Below are positions 30,233-38,641 of a DNA stretch of 64,000 nt, in pieces (positions within the stretch are counted from its first letter, which is position 1; every line of letters begins with the position of its first letter). The stretch spans positions 1-64,000 of IMG/VR virus record IMGVR_UViG_2844225640_000006. One strand, 5' to 3'. Both the position numbers and the translations under genes were made by a program. Below the pieces are notes generated by a model. The model saw only the letters and a list, made by a program, of their open reading frames with translations, searched no databases and was not told the DNA's origin. Origin of the DNA: a virus (Duplodnaviria; Caudoviricetes).

Positions 30233-30966
30233 TTCAGCCTCCAAACGATAGCTTTGTTCTAACGATGCCCCGGTGTTTCCGTGGTCGTACGCAAAATTAT
30301 TTCTATCGGAGCTAGTCACCCCGTAGAATTTTTTTCTCGAAACTGAGTGCCAAGATCACCCGGACCAAGAGGCCGACCGTCACGGAATCGGAACGGTAGA
30401 AACAAAATCTTCAAAACCGCTCGAATACTGCGCTGCGCCCGACCCGCGGTGCCCCGCCCCCTGCCAGAAGAACCTAACCGGCCACGGGGTCTAACCCATT
30501 GATATGTAATGACATTTGGCGGCGTCTCACGTGGGCGCGCATGAGGCGGGCACGTGGGCGCATGGGTAGGCGCGTGGGTGGCGTGCACGTGGGTGCGGGC
30601 ATAGCGCGCCATGAGCGGGCAGGCATGGGCAGGCGCTGGCATGGCGTAGGGTAGGGCAGACGCCTTCCGGCTTCGCCTTCGCTTCGCTCTGCTAGTCCTG
30701 TTAGCGTATGTGGAATGTGGCTATGTGCACCATGCGCGGCGTCCGGCGTCTGGGCCGTACCTTATCGCCGCTGGCAATAATGGCTTATGGGCATTTGTTT
30801 GACTCGCCGATTTGAGTCCACGCAAGGGGAAAAGTGAAAAGCCTATCCGCTTTGCACCATAGCCAGCGCCCGCCACCTATCGGCCGCATGTGCGGTTGAC
30901 AGCCTATGACGCGGCCTTCCTGCCACCATGGCCCGGCCTGTTTTTTGGGAGATTTGGCGGAAATGT

Positions 30967-31071
30967 AATTCGTTTCGTATAAAATTGTTTTGTTTGTTTT
31001 CAATACGTTAGATACAAAACGTATAATTTATTAAAAATAGCGCTTGCGTTTAATACGATCTGAATTATTCT
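30967..31071 (+). promoter_or_regulatory. Early promoter with three operator-like sites
   Basis: TTGCGT (31044-49), 16 nt, TATTCT (31066-71), AT-rich upstream; AATACG-N3-CGTATT-like sites at 30967, 31011 and 31052. Confidence 0.65.
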
Positions 31072-31079
31072 ATGTGTAT

Positions 31080-31612
31080 CGAAGCAACGGCAACGGGGCA
31101 ACGATACGCCGAACCGGCAACGGTCTAGCGGGATCTTTGAAAATAAGTCGACGGCTTTTTGCCTTTGCCCTGTTAGGTGGACGTAATGCGAGACTGATTC
31201 GTCGGTGCGGCATAGCGGGATTGACCAGAGATAAAGGACTCACGAAAAGCGCGGTCGCGAATCGGTGATTGATACGTGTGAAGCCTTACAAGCTTTGCCA
31301 GTCAATCGGGGCCTATGTTCCGGCCTGACTTAACAATAGGACATTTGCAAATATGCGCCGCTGGAAACAGGACGGGCGATAAAGCAAAGCACAATAGGCA
31401 ATATGCGGTTCGGTTGGGATAGTCCGATGTGAAGCTCTGAAAAAGCGCCGCTCTATAAGGCTAGTCCCCGGCAAGCGCCGGATGTTTCGAGATAAACCAT
31501 TCAAAGAATTTTCAATGTGAAAAGGCCGGAATTGCTGAAAAAGCTTTCCGGCTTTTTCCGTTGCAATGGCTTGGCAGATAAGGCCGGGCTTTTTCAACGG
31601 AAAGGCAAGGCA
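31080..31612 (+). ncRNA. Candidate long structured leader RNA with boxB/boxA-like element
   Basis: No credible ORF; ACCG-GCAA-CGGT hairpin 31113-24 then GATCTTTGAAAAT 31132-44; further inverted repeats. Confidence 0.45.
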
Positions 31613-31804
31613 ATGGATTTTGAAACTGCTATGGAAAGTAACGTCTCAATCAATGCAGCAATAGCCGAATTGGCACGGCACGGACACAAGGCAATCGACT
31701 TTGACGATTGCGAGCTATTCGATTGTGTATCGGGCGAAACAATCGCCGTTATCAACGGCGGATGCATTGCAGGCAATGCCGTTCTGGCATGGCTTGGCTA
31801 CTGA
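31613..31804 (+). CDS. Hypothetical early protein
   Basis: MDFETAME..WLGY, purine-rich RBS. Confidence 0.6.
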   Translation: MDFETAMESNVSINAAIAELARHGHKAIDFDDCELFDCVSGETIAVINGGCIAGNAVLAWLGY

Positions 31805-31898
31805 ATTGCAGCATAAAGGGCAGGGAAAGCCTGCCTTTTGTGAAGCTATTCGGCTTCGATCCCCGCAATTATGCGACAAATGGAAAAGGAAATTCATC

Positions 31899-32465
31899 AT
31901 GGCAAATTTCAAGGTTCTCAAAGGTAACGCGCTCGGTAAAGCTATCGAAGGCCGTGGCGAAGCCATTGCCACGTTCACGGAAAAAGAGCACCAGCTTGCC
32001 TATTCGGCTATCGCTCATTTGGAAGAACACAACGATGCAAAGTATGTGAACGCGCTTTATGCCGTCACGCCGGTTAACTACCGTGCCGGATTGCGTGCAT
32101 GGGTAGGCGCTTTTGCAAAGGCGAAGTTTGAAAAGGAATCGCAGACGTTCGTCTATGCGAAGGGCAAGGAATCGAACCTTGAAAAGGCGCTGGAAATTGC
32201 TCCGGCGAACTATGCCAAGGAATCCAACGCCGGCGCGGGCAAGGCGGCTAAGTCGCTTATGGAACGTGTGGAGTCCGCGGCGAAAAAGGTCATCGAAAAT
32301 GAAGCTGCAAGCCGTGACGACAAGGCTTTCGCTCGCGCCTTGAATAACTTCCTTGCCATGCACAAGCGTGCCCTGACGCAGCCAAAGGCGGAAAAGCCTG
32401 CGAAGCCTGCCCCACGCCTTATCAAGGCGAAGCCGGAAGCAACGGCGGAAGCGAAGGCCGCTTAA
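31899..32465 (+). CDS. Hypothetical early protein, Lys/Ala-rich
   Basis: AAGGA SD, 188 aa, followed by GGGCCGGG..CCCGGC-TTTT hairpin. Confidence 0.75.
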   Translation: MANFKVLKGNALGKAIEGRGEAIATFTEKEHQLAYSAIAHLEEHNDAKYVNALYAVTPVNYRAGLRAWVGAFAKAKFEKESQTFVYAKGKESNLEKALEIAPANYAKESNAGAGKAAKSLMERVESAAKKVIENEAASRDDKAFARALNNFLAMHKRALTQPKAEKPAKPAPRLIKAKPEATAEAKAA

Positions 32466-32779
32466 TCTGAAAAATCGACAGGGCCGGGTCCGAATAGGGC
32501 CCGGCTTTTCCGTGAACCCCTGCAAGGGCGCTTTCGCGCGCCTTTTCACGGCTTCACGCCGAATGCAGACGCCTAGCAGTCTATGTGCCGCCCGTCATTC
32601 GCCGGAAAGGTTCGACCTCCGATATGGTGCAATCCTCTTTTGCACGGGTATGTCACGGAATGCATAGGCGCGATGATATGAGCGGAAAACAGATAGGCCA
32701 TAGAGCCGATGGCACCGCAAAAAGATCTAGCCGCTAGGCGTCTGCGCCCACGCAATCATGCGCTCATGGAGAAATTGTC

Positions 32780-32965
32780 ATGCTTTCACGCCCGGAATCC
32801 GTCCGGCGGCAGGCTGATTATGCGCCTTTCCGCCACCCACATTTTGAGACTGCCAAGGCCGCACAACGTGCCGCTTTCCTGCGCGAGCTCGAAGAGTCGG
32901 TCAAGCGGTCTGACGCCATGCGCGCACGCCTTTCAACCGCTCGCGTCTTGGAGTCACTGCAATGA
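32780..32965 (+). CDS. Hypothetical early protein
   Basis: GGAG SD and ANYA hairpin upstream; coupled to next ORF. Confidence 0.6.
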   Translation: MLSRPESVRRQADYAPFRHPHFETAKAAQRAAFLRELEESVKRSDAMRARLSTARVLESLQ

Positions 32966-33324
32966 AAACCATTCTCGCCGCACTCGCCTTCCTGCCTGTT
33001 TCGCTCCCGCATGATACGGCGCCTATTCCGCGCCCCGACATGCCTGCGCAATATGTCGTGGTCGCGTTCGACAAGGGCTTCACAAAGGCAACTGTCATCG
33101 AAGAATTTCGCGACATTGACGACCTCGAAGCATGTGTCGACGTCGCGCAGTCGTCCGGTGAAGGCCAGTGGACTTCATGCGTTCCCGTAACAGGTGAGGC
33201 TGAAGCGTATGCGCTCGCCGAACCAACGGACTCCATCGCCTGCCTTTTGGCCGCAATCCAGCCCACTGACGCGAACCTTGAAGCGTGCACGGGCATTCCG
33301 GTAGCGGAGTCGATCCATGAATAG
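32962..33324 (+). CDS. Hypothetical, possibly exported acidic protein
   Basis: MKTILAALAFLP signal-like N-terminus, 4 Cys. Confidence 0.6.
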   Translation: MKTILAALAFLPVSLPHDTAPIPRPDMPAQYVVVAFDKGFTKATVIEEFRDIDDLEACVDVAQSSGEGQWTSCVPVTGEAEAYALAEPTDSIACLLAAIQPTDANLEACTGIPVAESIHE

Positions 33325-33514
33325 CGTTTCGACCTGTCATCTCCCACTCGCCGCGCCGGGACTTATCAGCTTCCGGTGCCGCTCGCCTTTTGGCTGGATC
33401 ATGATCGGCGCGCACGATCCCGACGACGCCATGTCTCAAGCCCGACGTTCCAGCGAGTCCGCAAGCCGTGACACGCTGCAAATATGGAACGGCTCGCGCT
33501 ATGTGCCGGTGTAA
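33317..33514 (+). CDS. Hypothetical early protein
   Basis: GGAG SD; FRCRSPFGWIMIGA.D..DAM..A.RS. Confidence 0.65.
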   Translation: MNSVSTCHLPLAAPGLISFRCRSPFGWIMIGAHDPDDAMSQARRSSESASRDTLQIWNGSRYVPV

Positions 33515-33518
33515 CGCC

Positions 33519-33710
33519 ATGCCGCGCCATTGGGAAACACACCTATACACCTACGCCGTCGCCTACCAGCAAGGCGACAAGATCAAGCCTGAAAACCTTG
33601 CCGGTATGCGCCGCAAGGCGCTTTTGCACGGCCATACAGAAGGCCAATGCCTGCGAGTCGAGCAAGATCCCGGCCTTTACATTCGCACCGGACGCCTAAG
33701 CCCGGTCTAA
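33519..33710 (+). CDS. Hypothetical early protein
   Basis: 63 aa ORF filling the gap in the operon. Confidence 0.45.
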   Translation: MPRHWETHLYTYAVAYQQGDKIKPENLAGMRRKALLHGHTEGQCLRVEQDPGLYIRTGRLSPV

Positions 33711-33754
33711 CCCGCACCCCGCACCCTGCAACTATGCACGAAAGGAAACGCGCC

Positions 33755-34009
33755 ATGAGCAACCCCGCTCAAGCCGCCCTGTCACGCGCCGTCAACCGCG
33801 CAATCGCCAATGGCTCGCCTGTTGTCGTGAACGTCCCGCCGCGTATTGCGCCTGGATACCGCGCCTTTACCGGCCATGTTTTCACGGCAACGCAAGCGGC
33901 GGCTTACAACGCCGCGCTTGACCGATTCGAGCGGTCGCCGAATGAGGCGAACCAGAATGGCGCGCACAATCTTTTCTATTCCATCGCCTTGACCGGAAAG
34001 GAAGCATGA
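33755..34009 (+). CDS. Hypothetical early protein
   Basis: ANYA hairpin and AAGGA SD upstream. Confidence 0.65.
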   Translation: MSNPAQAALSRAVNRAIANGSPVVVNVPPRIAPGYRAFTGHVFTATQAAAYNAALDRFERSPNEANQNGAHNLFYSIALTGKEA

Positions 34010-34179
34010 CCGTGCGCAAACTGAAAGCATTTCTGCTTGGGATGCGGGAGTTCCGCCTGTCCATTACATGGGCTGACCCCGCTCGCACCGACGACTGCGA
34101 CTATACCGGGCTTGACGAATCCTACGACAGAGGCCGGGAATTTGCGCACCGTCTGACCCTGCGCGCCTTCGACGGCTGA
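34006..34179 (+). CDS. Hypothetical early protein (57 aa)
   Basis: ATGA overlap, AAGGA SD; FLLGMREFR..YDRGREFAHRLT. Confidence 0.6.
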   Translation: MTVRKLKAFLLGMREFRLSITWADPARTDDCDYTGLDESYDRGREFAHRLTLRAFDG

Positions 34180-34227
34180 CTACACCTTTCACCACCCGCA
34201 AACATGCGAAAAGAGGAGATCCGCGCC

Positions 34228-34419
34228 ATGAAAGCGCCCGTTGCATACACATACGTCATATTGAACGAACGTCGCCGCTCGACGGCCCGCTGGTCGCTGG
34301 CAATCCAGTTCCCGAACGGAATCCTTGAGCGCCTCACGACATACAAAAGTCGTTACCGCGCCGTGTCCGCCGCAAAGACTCTCGCCGTCGGCTCCTGCCG
34401 CATAGAGGTGCGCGCGTGA
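34228..34419 (+). CDS. Hypothetical early protein
   Basis: ANYA hairpin and GAGGAG SD upstream. Confidence 0.6.
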   Translation: MKAPVAYTYVILNERRRSTARWSLAIQFPNGILERLTTYKSRYRAVSAAKTLAVGSCRIEVRA

Positions 34420-34825
34420 AAGATGCACTCCGCGAACTGGCTGACTTCCTTTGTTACGACGTCATGCCTGCCGTGGTCGTTACGGCCTTCATGCTTGTTT
34501 TCTGGGCTGTCGCGATAGCGATCCTGCCACAATAGTTTGGCCTCTGCCCCCGAGGCTGACTTCCGATCCCTCAAAACCGGAGGTGTCCCATGCGCCGGGC
34601 TTTTAAAGCCGGCTGACCCAACTCGGCGGGAAATCCGCGTGACCGCCCGCCCTCGTAACCGGCGCGCACCCCCTCGCAATCATGCAACAGAGAAAATTAT
34701 GTCTTTTGAGACCGTCTTTATCGCCATCGGCTTAATTCATATCGCCGCTTCGCTCGTCGCCTACCGCCTTTTGTTGCGGAGCAGGTAACGCTTTCACCCG
34801 CAACCATGCATATGAGGAGATCAAC

Positions 34826-35611
34826 ATGAATGCCGCCCTGCCGCTCATTGTGAGCCTGAATTGCGGGTGTTTCTTCCGTGGTCGGTTCCTGATCGAGACG
34901 CCCGAATGCGAAGAGCATCGCAAGCTCGACAGCCTCGACGACGAACCGACCGAGTTCAAGTTCGACCAGCTGTCCGACCGAGCGAAAGAACGCGCTCGCG
35001 AGAAATTCCGCGACGGCTATCTCAACTATGATTGGTGGGATTCTGTCTATGACGCCGCCGTTACCATCGCCGAAATGATGGGCATAGAGATAGATGGCAC
35101 CGCGCGGCAACCATCAATACAGTTCTCCGGCTTCTGGTCGCAAGGTGACGGCGCGTCGTTTTCAGGGCGCTGGACCCCATTGGCCGATCCGCTCGCCTCG
35201 CTCAACAAGGTGATGGAATACGCGCCACTGGACAAGGAACTGCATTCACTCGCCTTCGATCTGGCGTTGCTTTCCGAAGGATGCCGCGATCTCATTCCCA
35301 ATGCCTATGTCCGCGTCACCAACTCTGGATATTATTCACACTCCGGCAGCACGCATTTCGACATTGACCTGCCGCTCCCCGACAACATCGACGAGGACAA
35401 CGAACTGCAAGTCATGGTCTATGAAGCCTTGCTCAAGGCTCGCGATCTGGACTTCGACTCATTCGAGGACCGCATCAAGGCAAGCCTGCGCGGCTTCATG
35501 GACTGGATATATGACCAGCTTGAGACCGAGCATGACTGGCTCATGTCCGATGAAAACATTGACGAGGCGCTCGCCGATTACAACTTCGATGAAGAAGGAG
35601 AGTTGCTTTGA
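34826..35611 (+). CDS. Conserved acidic phage protein
   Basis: F.F.QLSD.AKE.AR, I.FSGFWSQGDGASF, WIY.QLE.E.DW motifs. Confidence 0.75.
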   Translation: MNAALPLIVSLNCGCFFRGRFLIETPECEEHRKLDSLDDEPTEFKFDQLSDRAKERAREKFRDGYLNYDWWDSVYDAAVTIAEMMGIEIDGTARQPSIQFSGFWSQGDGASFSGRWTPLADPLASLNKVMEYAPLDKELHSLAFDLALLSEGCRDLIPNAYVRVTNSGYYSHSGSTHFDIDLPLPDNIDEDNELQVMVYEALLKARDLDFDSFEDRIKASLRGFMDWIYDQLETEHDWLMSDENIDEALADYNFDEEGELL

Positions 35612-35820
35612 TAGCCGAGTTCTCAACCTATCTGCGCATCTTTGACGTGACCACGTTTGTCTCCGCCGCACAAGAACGAGCCAGAAACGAAGGCGTCGAC
35701 GAGAATGACGTCAAAGAAATGTACAACGAGTCCAACTTGGACAATTGCCTCATCATGTTGCTCGATCCATCCACGCTTCCCGGTTGCGAAATCCTCGAAA
35801 GTAACGCCGAGATTGCCTGA
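35608..35820 (+). CDS. Hypothetical acidic protein
   Basis: AAGGAG SD, TTG start overlapping upstream stop. Confidence 0.55.
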   Translation: MIAEFSTYLRIFDVTTFVSAAQERARNEGVDENDVKEMYNESNLDNCLIMLLDPSTLPGCEILESNAEIA

Positions 35821-35856
35821 CACCCCGCCAACTATGGCACCACAACGGAGACTCCC

Positions 35857-36762
35857 GTGAATATCATGACCAATCCTCAATCCGTTTCCTCGGTCCTCGC
35901 CAGCCGCGCGATGATTGTTTCCCTGTCCATCTCGCAATGGTCAGGCCGTCGCCTTGACCGGCAGATCACCGACGAGGTCAACCAGAACCACGGCGCTGCC
36001 GCCGACGCTGGCCGCTACAACAAATTGCTCCTCCCGAAGGAAGCATTGGCGGAAATCGTATCCATCGTCGGCGAAACCCGCTCGGACTTCCTCAAACGCA
36101 CCTTGCCTTGGATGGACAACGGTAGCCGCATCATGGCAAGCGATGCATATTTGCAGCATATGTCATGGGTGCGCGGTCAGGTCGCCAAGTTCGACCGGGC
36201 TGTCGACAAATTCCTCGCTGACTACCCGCAATATGTGGCCGATGCCCGTGTCCGCCTGAACGGCATGTTCAAGGACGACGACTACCCCGACGCTCAAATC
36301 TTGCGCAGCAAGTTCGGCGTTGCCTGCAAGGTTCTTCCGGTCCCCACCTCGGAAGACTTCCGCGTGGACATGAGCCAGGCACAAGCTGACCGCATCCGCG
36401 AGGAGATCGAACAGCAAGTCTCCGACGCCACCACGGAAGCGGTGCGTGATGTTTACCGCCGCGTGGCAGACGTCACAGGACGAATGGTCGAAAGGCTCAA
36501 CGCCTACAAGCCAGCCGGTCGTCCGGGTGACAAGACGGAAGGCGTGTTTCGCGACAGCCTTGTCGAGAATGTGCGCGATCTGATTAGCGTCTTGCCCGCG
36601 CTCAACATCATTGGCGACCGCGAGCTTTCCGCCATGGTCGAACGGCTCAAGCCATTGGCCGAGCACAATGCGTCGACCCTGCGCGATAGGCCGGAGATCC
36701 GCCGCGACGTAGCCGATGAGGCTCAGAAAATCCTCGACAGCGTCTCCGGCTTCTTGGCCTGA
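35857..36762 (+). CDS. DUF3150-like protein
   Basis: SISQWSGRRLD, K.LLP, TLPW...G.R, F...DYP, FRDSLVEN, LPALN; usual neighbour of MoxR/vWA genes. Confidence 0.7.
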   Translation: MNIMTNPQSVSSVLASRAMIVSLSISQWSGRRLDRQITDEVNQNHGAAADAGRYNKLLLPKEALAEIVSIVGETRSDFLKRTLPWMDNGSRIMASDAYLQHMSWVRGQVAKFDRAVDKFLADYPQYVADARVRLNGMFKDDDYPDAQILRSKFGVACKVLPVPTSEDFRVDMSQAQADRIREEIEQQVSDATTEAVRDVYRRVADVTGRMVERLNAYKPAGRPGDKTEGVFRDSLVENVRDLISVLPALNIIGDRELSAMVERLKPLAEHNASTLRDRPEIRRDVADEAQKILDSVSGFLA

Positions 36763-36774
36763 GACAAATAGAAT

Positions 36775-36988
36775 TGCAGGAGCGAGGCGCCCGCTCCTGC
36801 ATTTGGCGTGGCATGGCTTGGTAGGGCGCGGCGGGGCAGCGCATGGCAGGCATGGCATGGCGCGGCGTGGTATGGCTCGGCTTGGCGCGGCAGGCTAGGC
36901 GCGGCTAGGCGAGGCGCGGCGAGGCAAGGCGCGGCGAGGCCGGGCAGGCTCCCACCCAAAAGCCGCCGCTCTCTGAAAAGGGAGCGGC
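36775..36988 (+). ncRNA. GGY-NN pentamer array 1 (candidate guide RNA): 8+8+10 pentamers separated by GGCA
   Basis: Array 36805-36949; 10-bp hairpin 36775-36801 before and 9-bp hairpin 36965-36988 after. Confidence 0.8.
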
Positions 36989-37081
36989 ACCTCAAAGTTC
37001 TCCTCTTCACCGGGGAGCCTTTTGAGGTGTCAGAACGGCACTACGAACCCAATGCAATCATGCATCCAAGGAAACATGTTC

Positions 37082-37759
37082 ATGGCAAAAGCAGCAACCA
37101 AAGTCGAAACCGGAATCACTCTTCCGAAGCTCAACATCCAGCTCATGGAAGTGGTGGTCATCGGCGACTCCCCGCTCATCGTCCACGCTTGGTCTGAAAA
37201 GGCCAAGAAGGAAATGCTGGACAAGCAGTTGAAGGTAGCGAAGGGCGCTCGTGAAGCGAAAGACCCTGTCGCAGACTTCCAGAACACTATGTATCGCTTC
37301 GAAGACGGCGGTCACGGCTTCCCGTCCATCGCCTTCAAGGCGGCAGCTGTCACCGCTGGCACATCCGTTGCGGGACTCACCAAGATCGCAGCGAGACAGG
37401 CGTTTCATATGCTCGGCGAGAACGCCGACATTGCCGGTGCTTTTGATGGGGCGCAGTCCCGCACGAACCTCGTGCGAATCCTCGGCTCCGAACCCCAGAT
37501 GCGTGAAGACATGGTCAGGGTCGGAATGGGCACGGCAGACATCCGCTACCGTGCGGAATACCCGGATTGGCACGCAAAACTGCTCGTTCGCTACAATGCA
37601 AACGTGCTGTCCGAAGCACAGATTCTCAACCTCATCAACGTGGCAGGCTTTGCTGTCGGCGTCGGCGAATGGCGCCCCGAAAAGGACGGCAATTACGGCA
37701 TGTACCATGTCGCCACCGAGAAGGAACTGAAGGCGCTTGGTGTGCAATCACCGGGCTGA
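37082..37759 (+). CDS. Stand-alone Cas7/RAMP-like protein (candidate Vipr-type RNA-guided effector)
   Basis: 225 aa; VVIGDSPLIVH first strand, FPSIAFKAA helix motif, C-terminal Gly loop GVGEWRPEKDGNYGMY. Confidence 0.75.
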   Translation: MAKAATKVETGITLPKLNIQLMEVVVIGDSPLIVHAWSEKAKKEMLDKQLKVAKGAREAKDPVADFQNTMYRFEDGGHGFPSIAFKAAAVTAGTSVAGLTKIAARQAFHMLGENADIAGAFDGAQSRTNLVRILGSEPQMREDMVRVGMGTADIRYRAEYPDWHAKLLVRYNANVLSEAQILNLINVAGFAVGVGEWRPEKDGNYGMYHVATEKELKALGVQSPG

Positions 37760-37765
37760 AACAAT

Positions 37766-37916
37766 ACAGGGTCGCGTTGCCATCGTGGCCCTGTTTAGGC
37801 GAGGTATGGCAGGCAAGGCAGGGCTTGGCTGTGCGAGGCAGGGCGCGGCGGGGCAAGGCCGGGCAGGCTCACCCACCAGCGGCCAAGGGGCAGCATTCAA
37901 CCGCCCCATTTCTTTT
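37766..37916 (+). ncRNA. GGY-NN pentamer array 2: 2+10 pentamers
   Basis: Array 37798-37868; 11-bp hairpin 37766-37794 before; GGGGC..GCCCC and T-tract after. Confidence 0.75.
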
Positions 37917-37942
37917 CAACAACCAACAGAGGAGTAGCTGCA

Positions 37943-38488
37943 ATGGTAAAGATTGCATCTTACGGCTTCGCAGAGGGTTCCCGTTTCCAGAAAGGCGCGA
38001 ATACTTCCGCCCCCGAACTGGTCGGTGAACACCTTGAGACTATCCGCAAGGCGAAAGACGGTAAGCTCACACCCGACGACGTGGTGGCCGACGCTCGTAA
38101 TCCCAACTCTCCGCTGCATTCGTTCTTTGAGTGGGACGATTCAGCAGCAGCTCATGAGCACCGGCTTCGGCAGGCTCGCCAGCTGATCCGCACGATCGTT
38201 GTGCGCTATCAGGAAGTCGAGTCCAAGGAACCGATACGGGCCTATGTTAATGTCCGCTCACCCAACAGTGACAATGGGAATGAACCGGACAGCGATGAAC
38301 CACGTCAGTATTACACCGACACGATCGAAGCGCTCTCTGCCCCTGACATGCGAAGGGCCGTGCTTCTCCGGGCAAAGTCCGAGCTTGACGCTTGGCGCAA
38401 GCGATATGCCGACCTCGAAGAATTGTCCATCGTCGTGCGGACCATCACCAAGATGTCCGAAAAAGTCGGCGAACTGGCTGATGCTTGA
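37943..38488 (+). CDS. Conserved phage protein, candidate accessory of the RAMP/array system
   Basis: G.LTP..VV..AR.P.SPLH..FEWDD..AA...RL.QARQLI; GAGGAG SD; lies between arrays 2 and 3. Confidence 0.7.
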   Translation: MVKIASYGFAEGSRFQKGANTSAPELVGEHLETIRKAKDGKLTPDDVVADARNPNSPLHSFFEWDDSAAAHEHRLRQARQLIRTIVVRYQEVESKEPIRAYVNVRSPNSDNGNEPDSDEPRQYYTDTIEALSAPDMRRAVLLRAKSELDAWRKRYADLEELSIVVRTITKMSEKVGELADA

Positions 38489-38504
38489 ACCCAAACAAAT
38501 AATT

Positions 38505-38612
38505 GGCGTGGTGGGGCAGGCAGGGCTTGGCATGGCAGGGCTTGGCTTGGCCCGGTGCGTCTCGTTTCGGCAGGCAAACACGGGGATTCGTTCGCGGCTC
38601 CCCTTTTCTTTT
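38505..38612 (+). ncRNA. GGY-NN pentamer array 3: 2+10 pentamers
   Basis: Array 38505-38575; GGGGA..TCCCC and TTTTCTTTT after. Confidence 0.75.
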
Positions 38613-38641
38613 CAGCAATCATGCAAACTAAGGAGACGAGC

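Noticed and set aside
30531-30660. G-rich tract containing GGCAGGC as a fourth array
   Set aside because: GG spacing is irregular and does not hold a 5-nt register
36647-37197. ORFs across array 1 (36808-37197, 36716-36898, 36723-37010, 36647-36853) and similar ORFs over arrays 2 and 3
   Set aside because: Low-complexity ARRG/WHG translations produced by the 5-nt repeat; no SD, and they overlap better-supported genes
36805-38575. Canonical CRISPR array
   Set aside because: No 23-50 nt repeats with unique spacers and no cas1/cas2; the period is 5 nt
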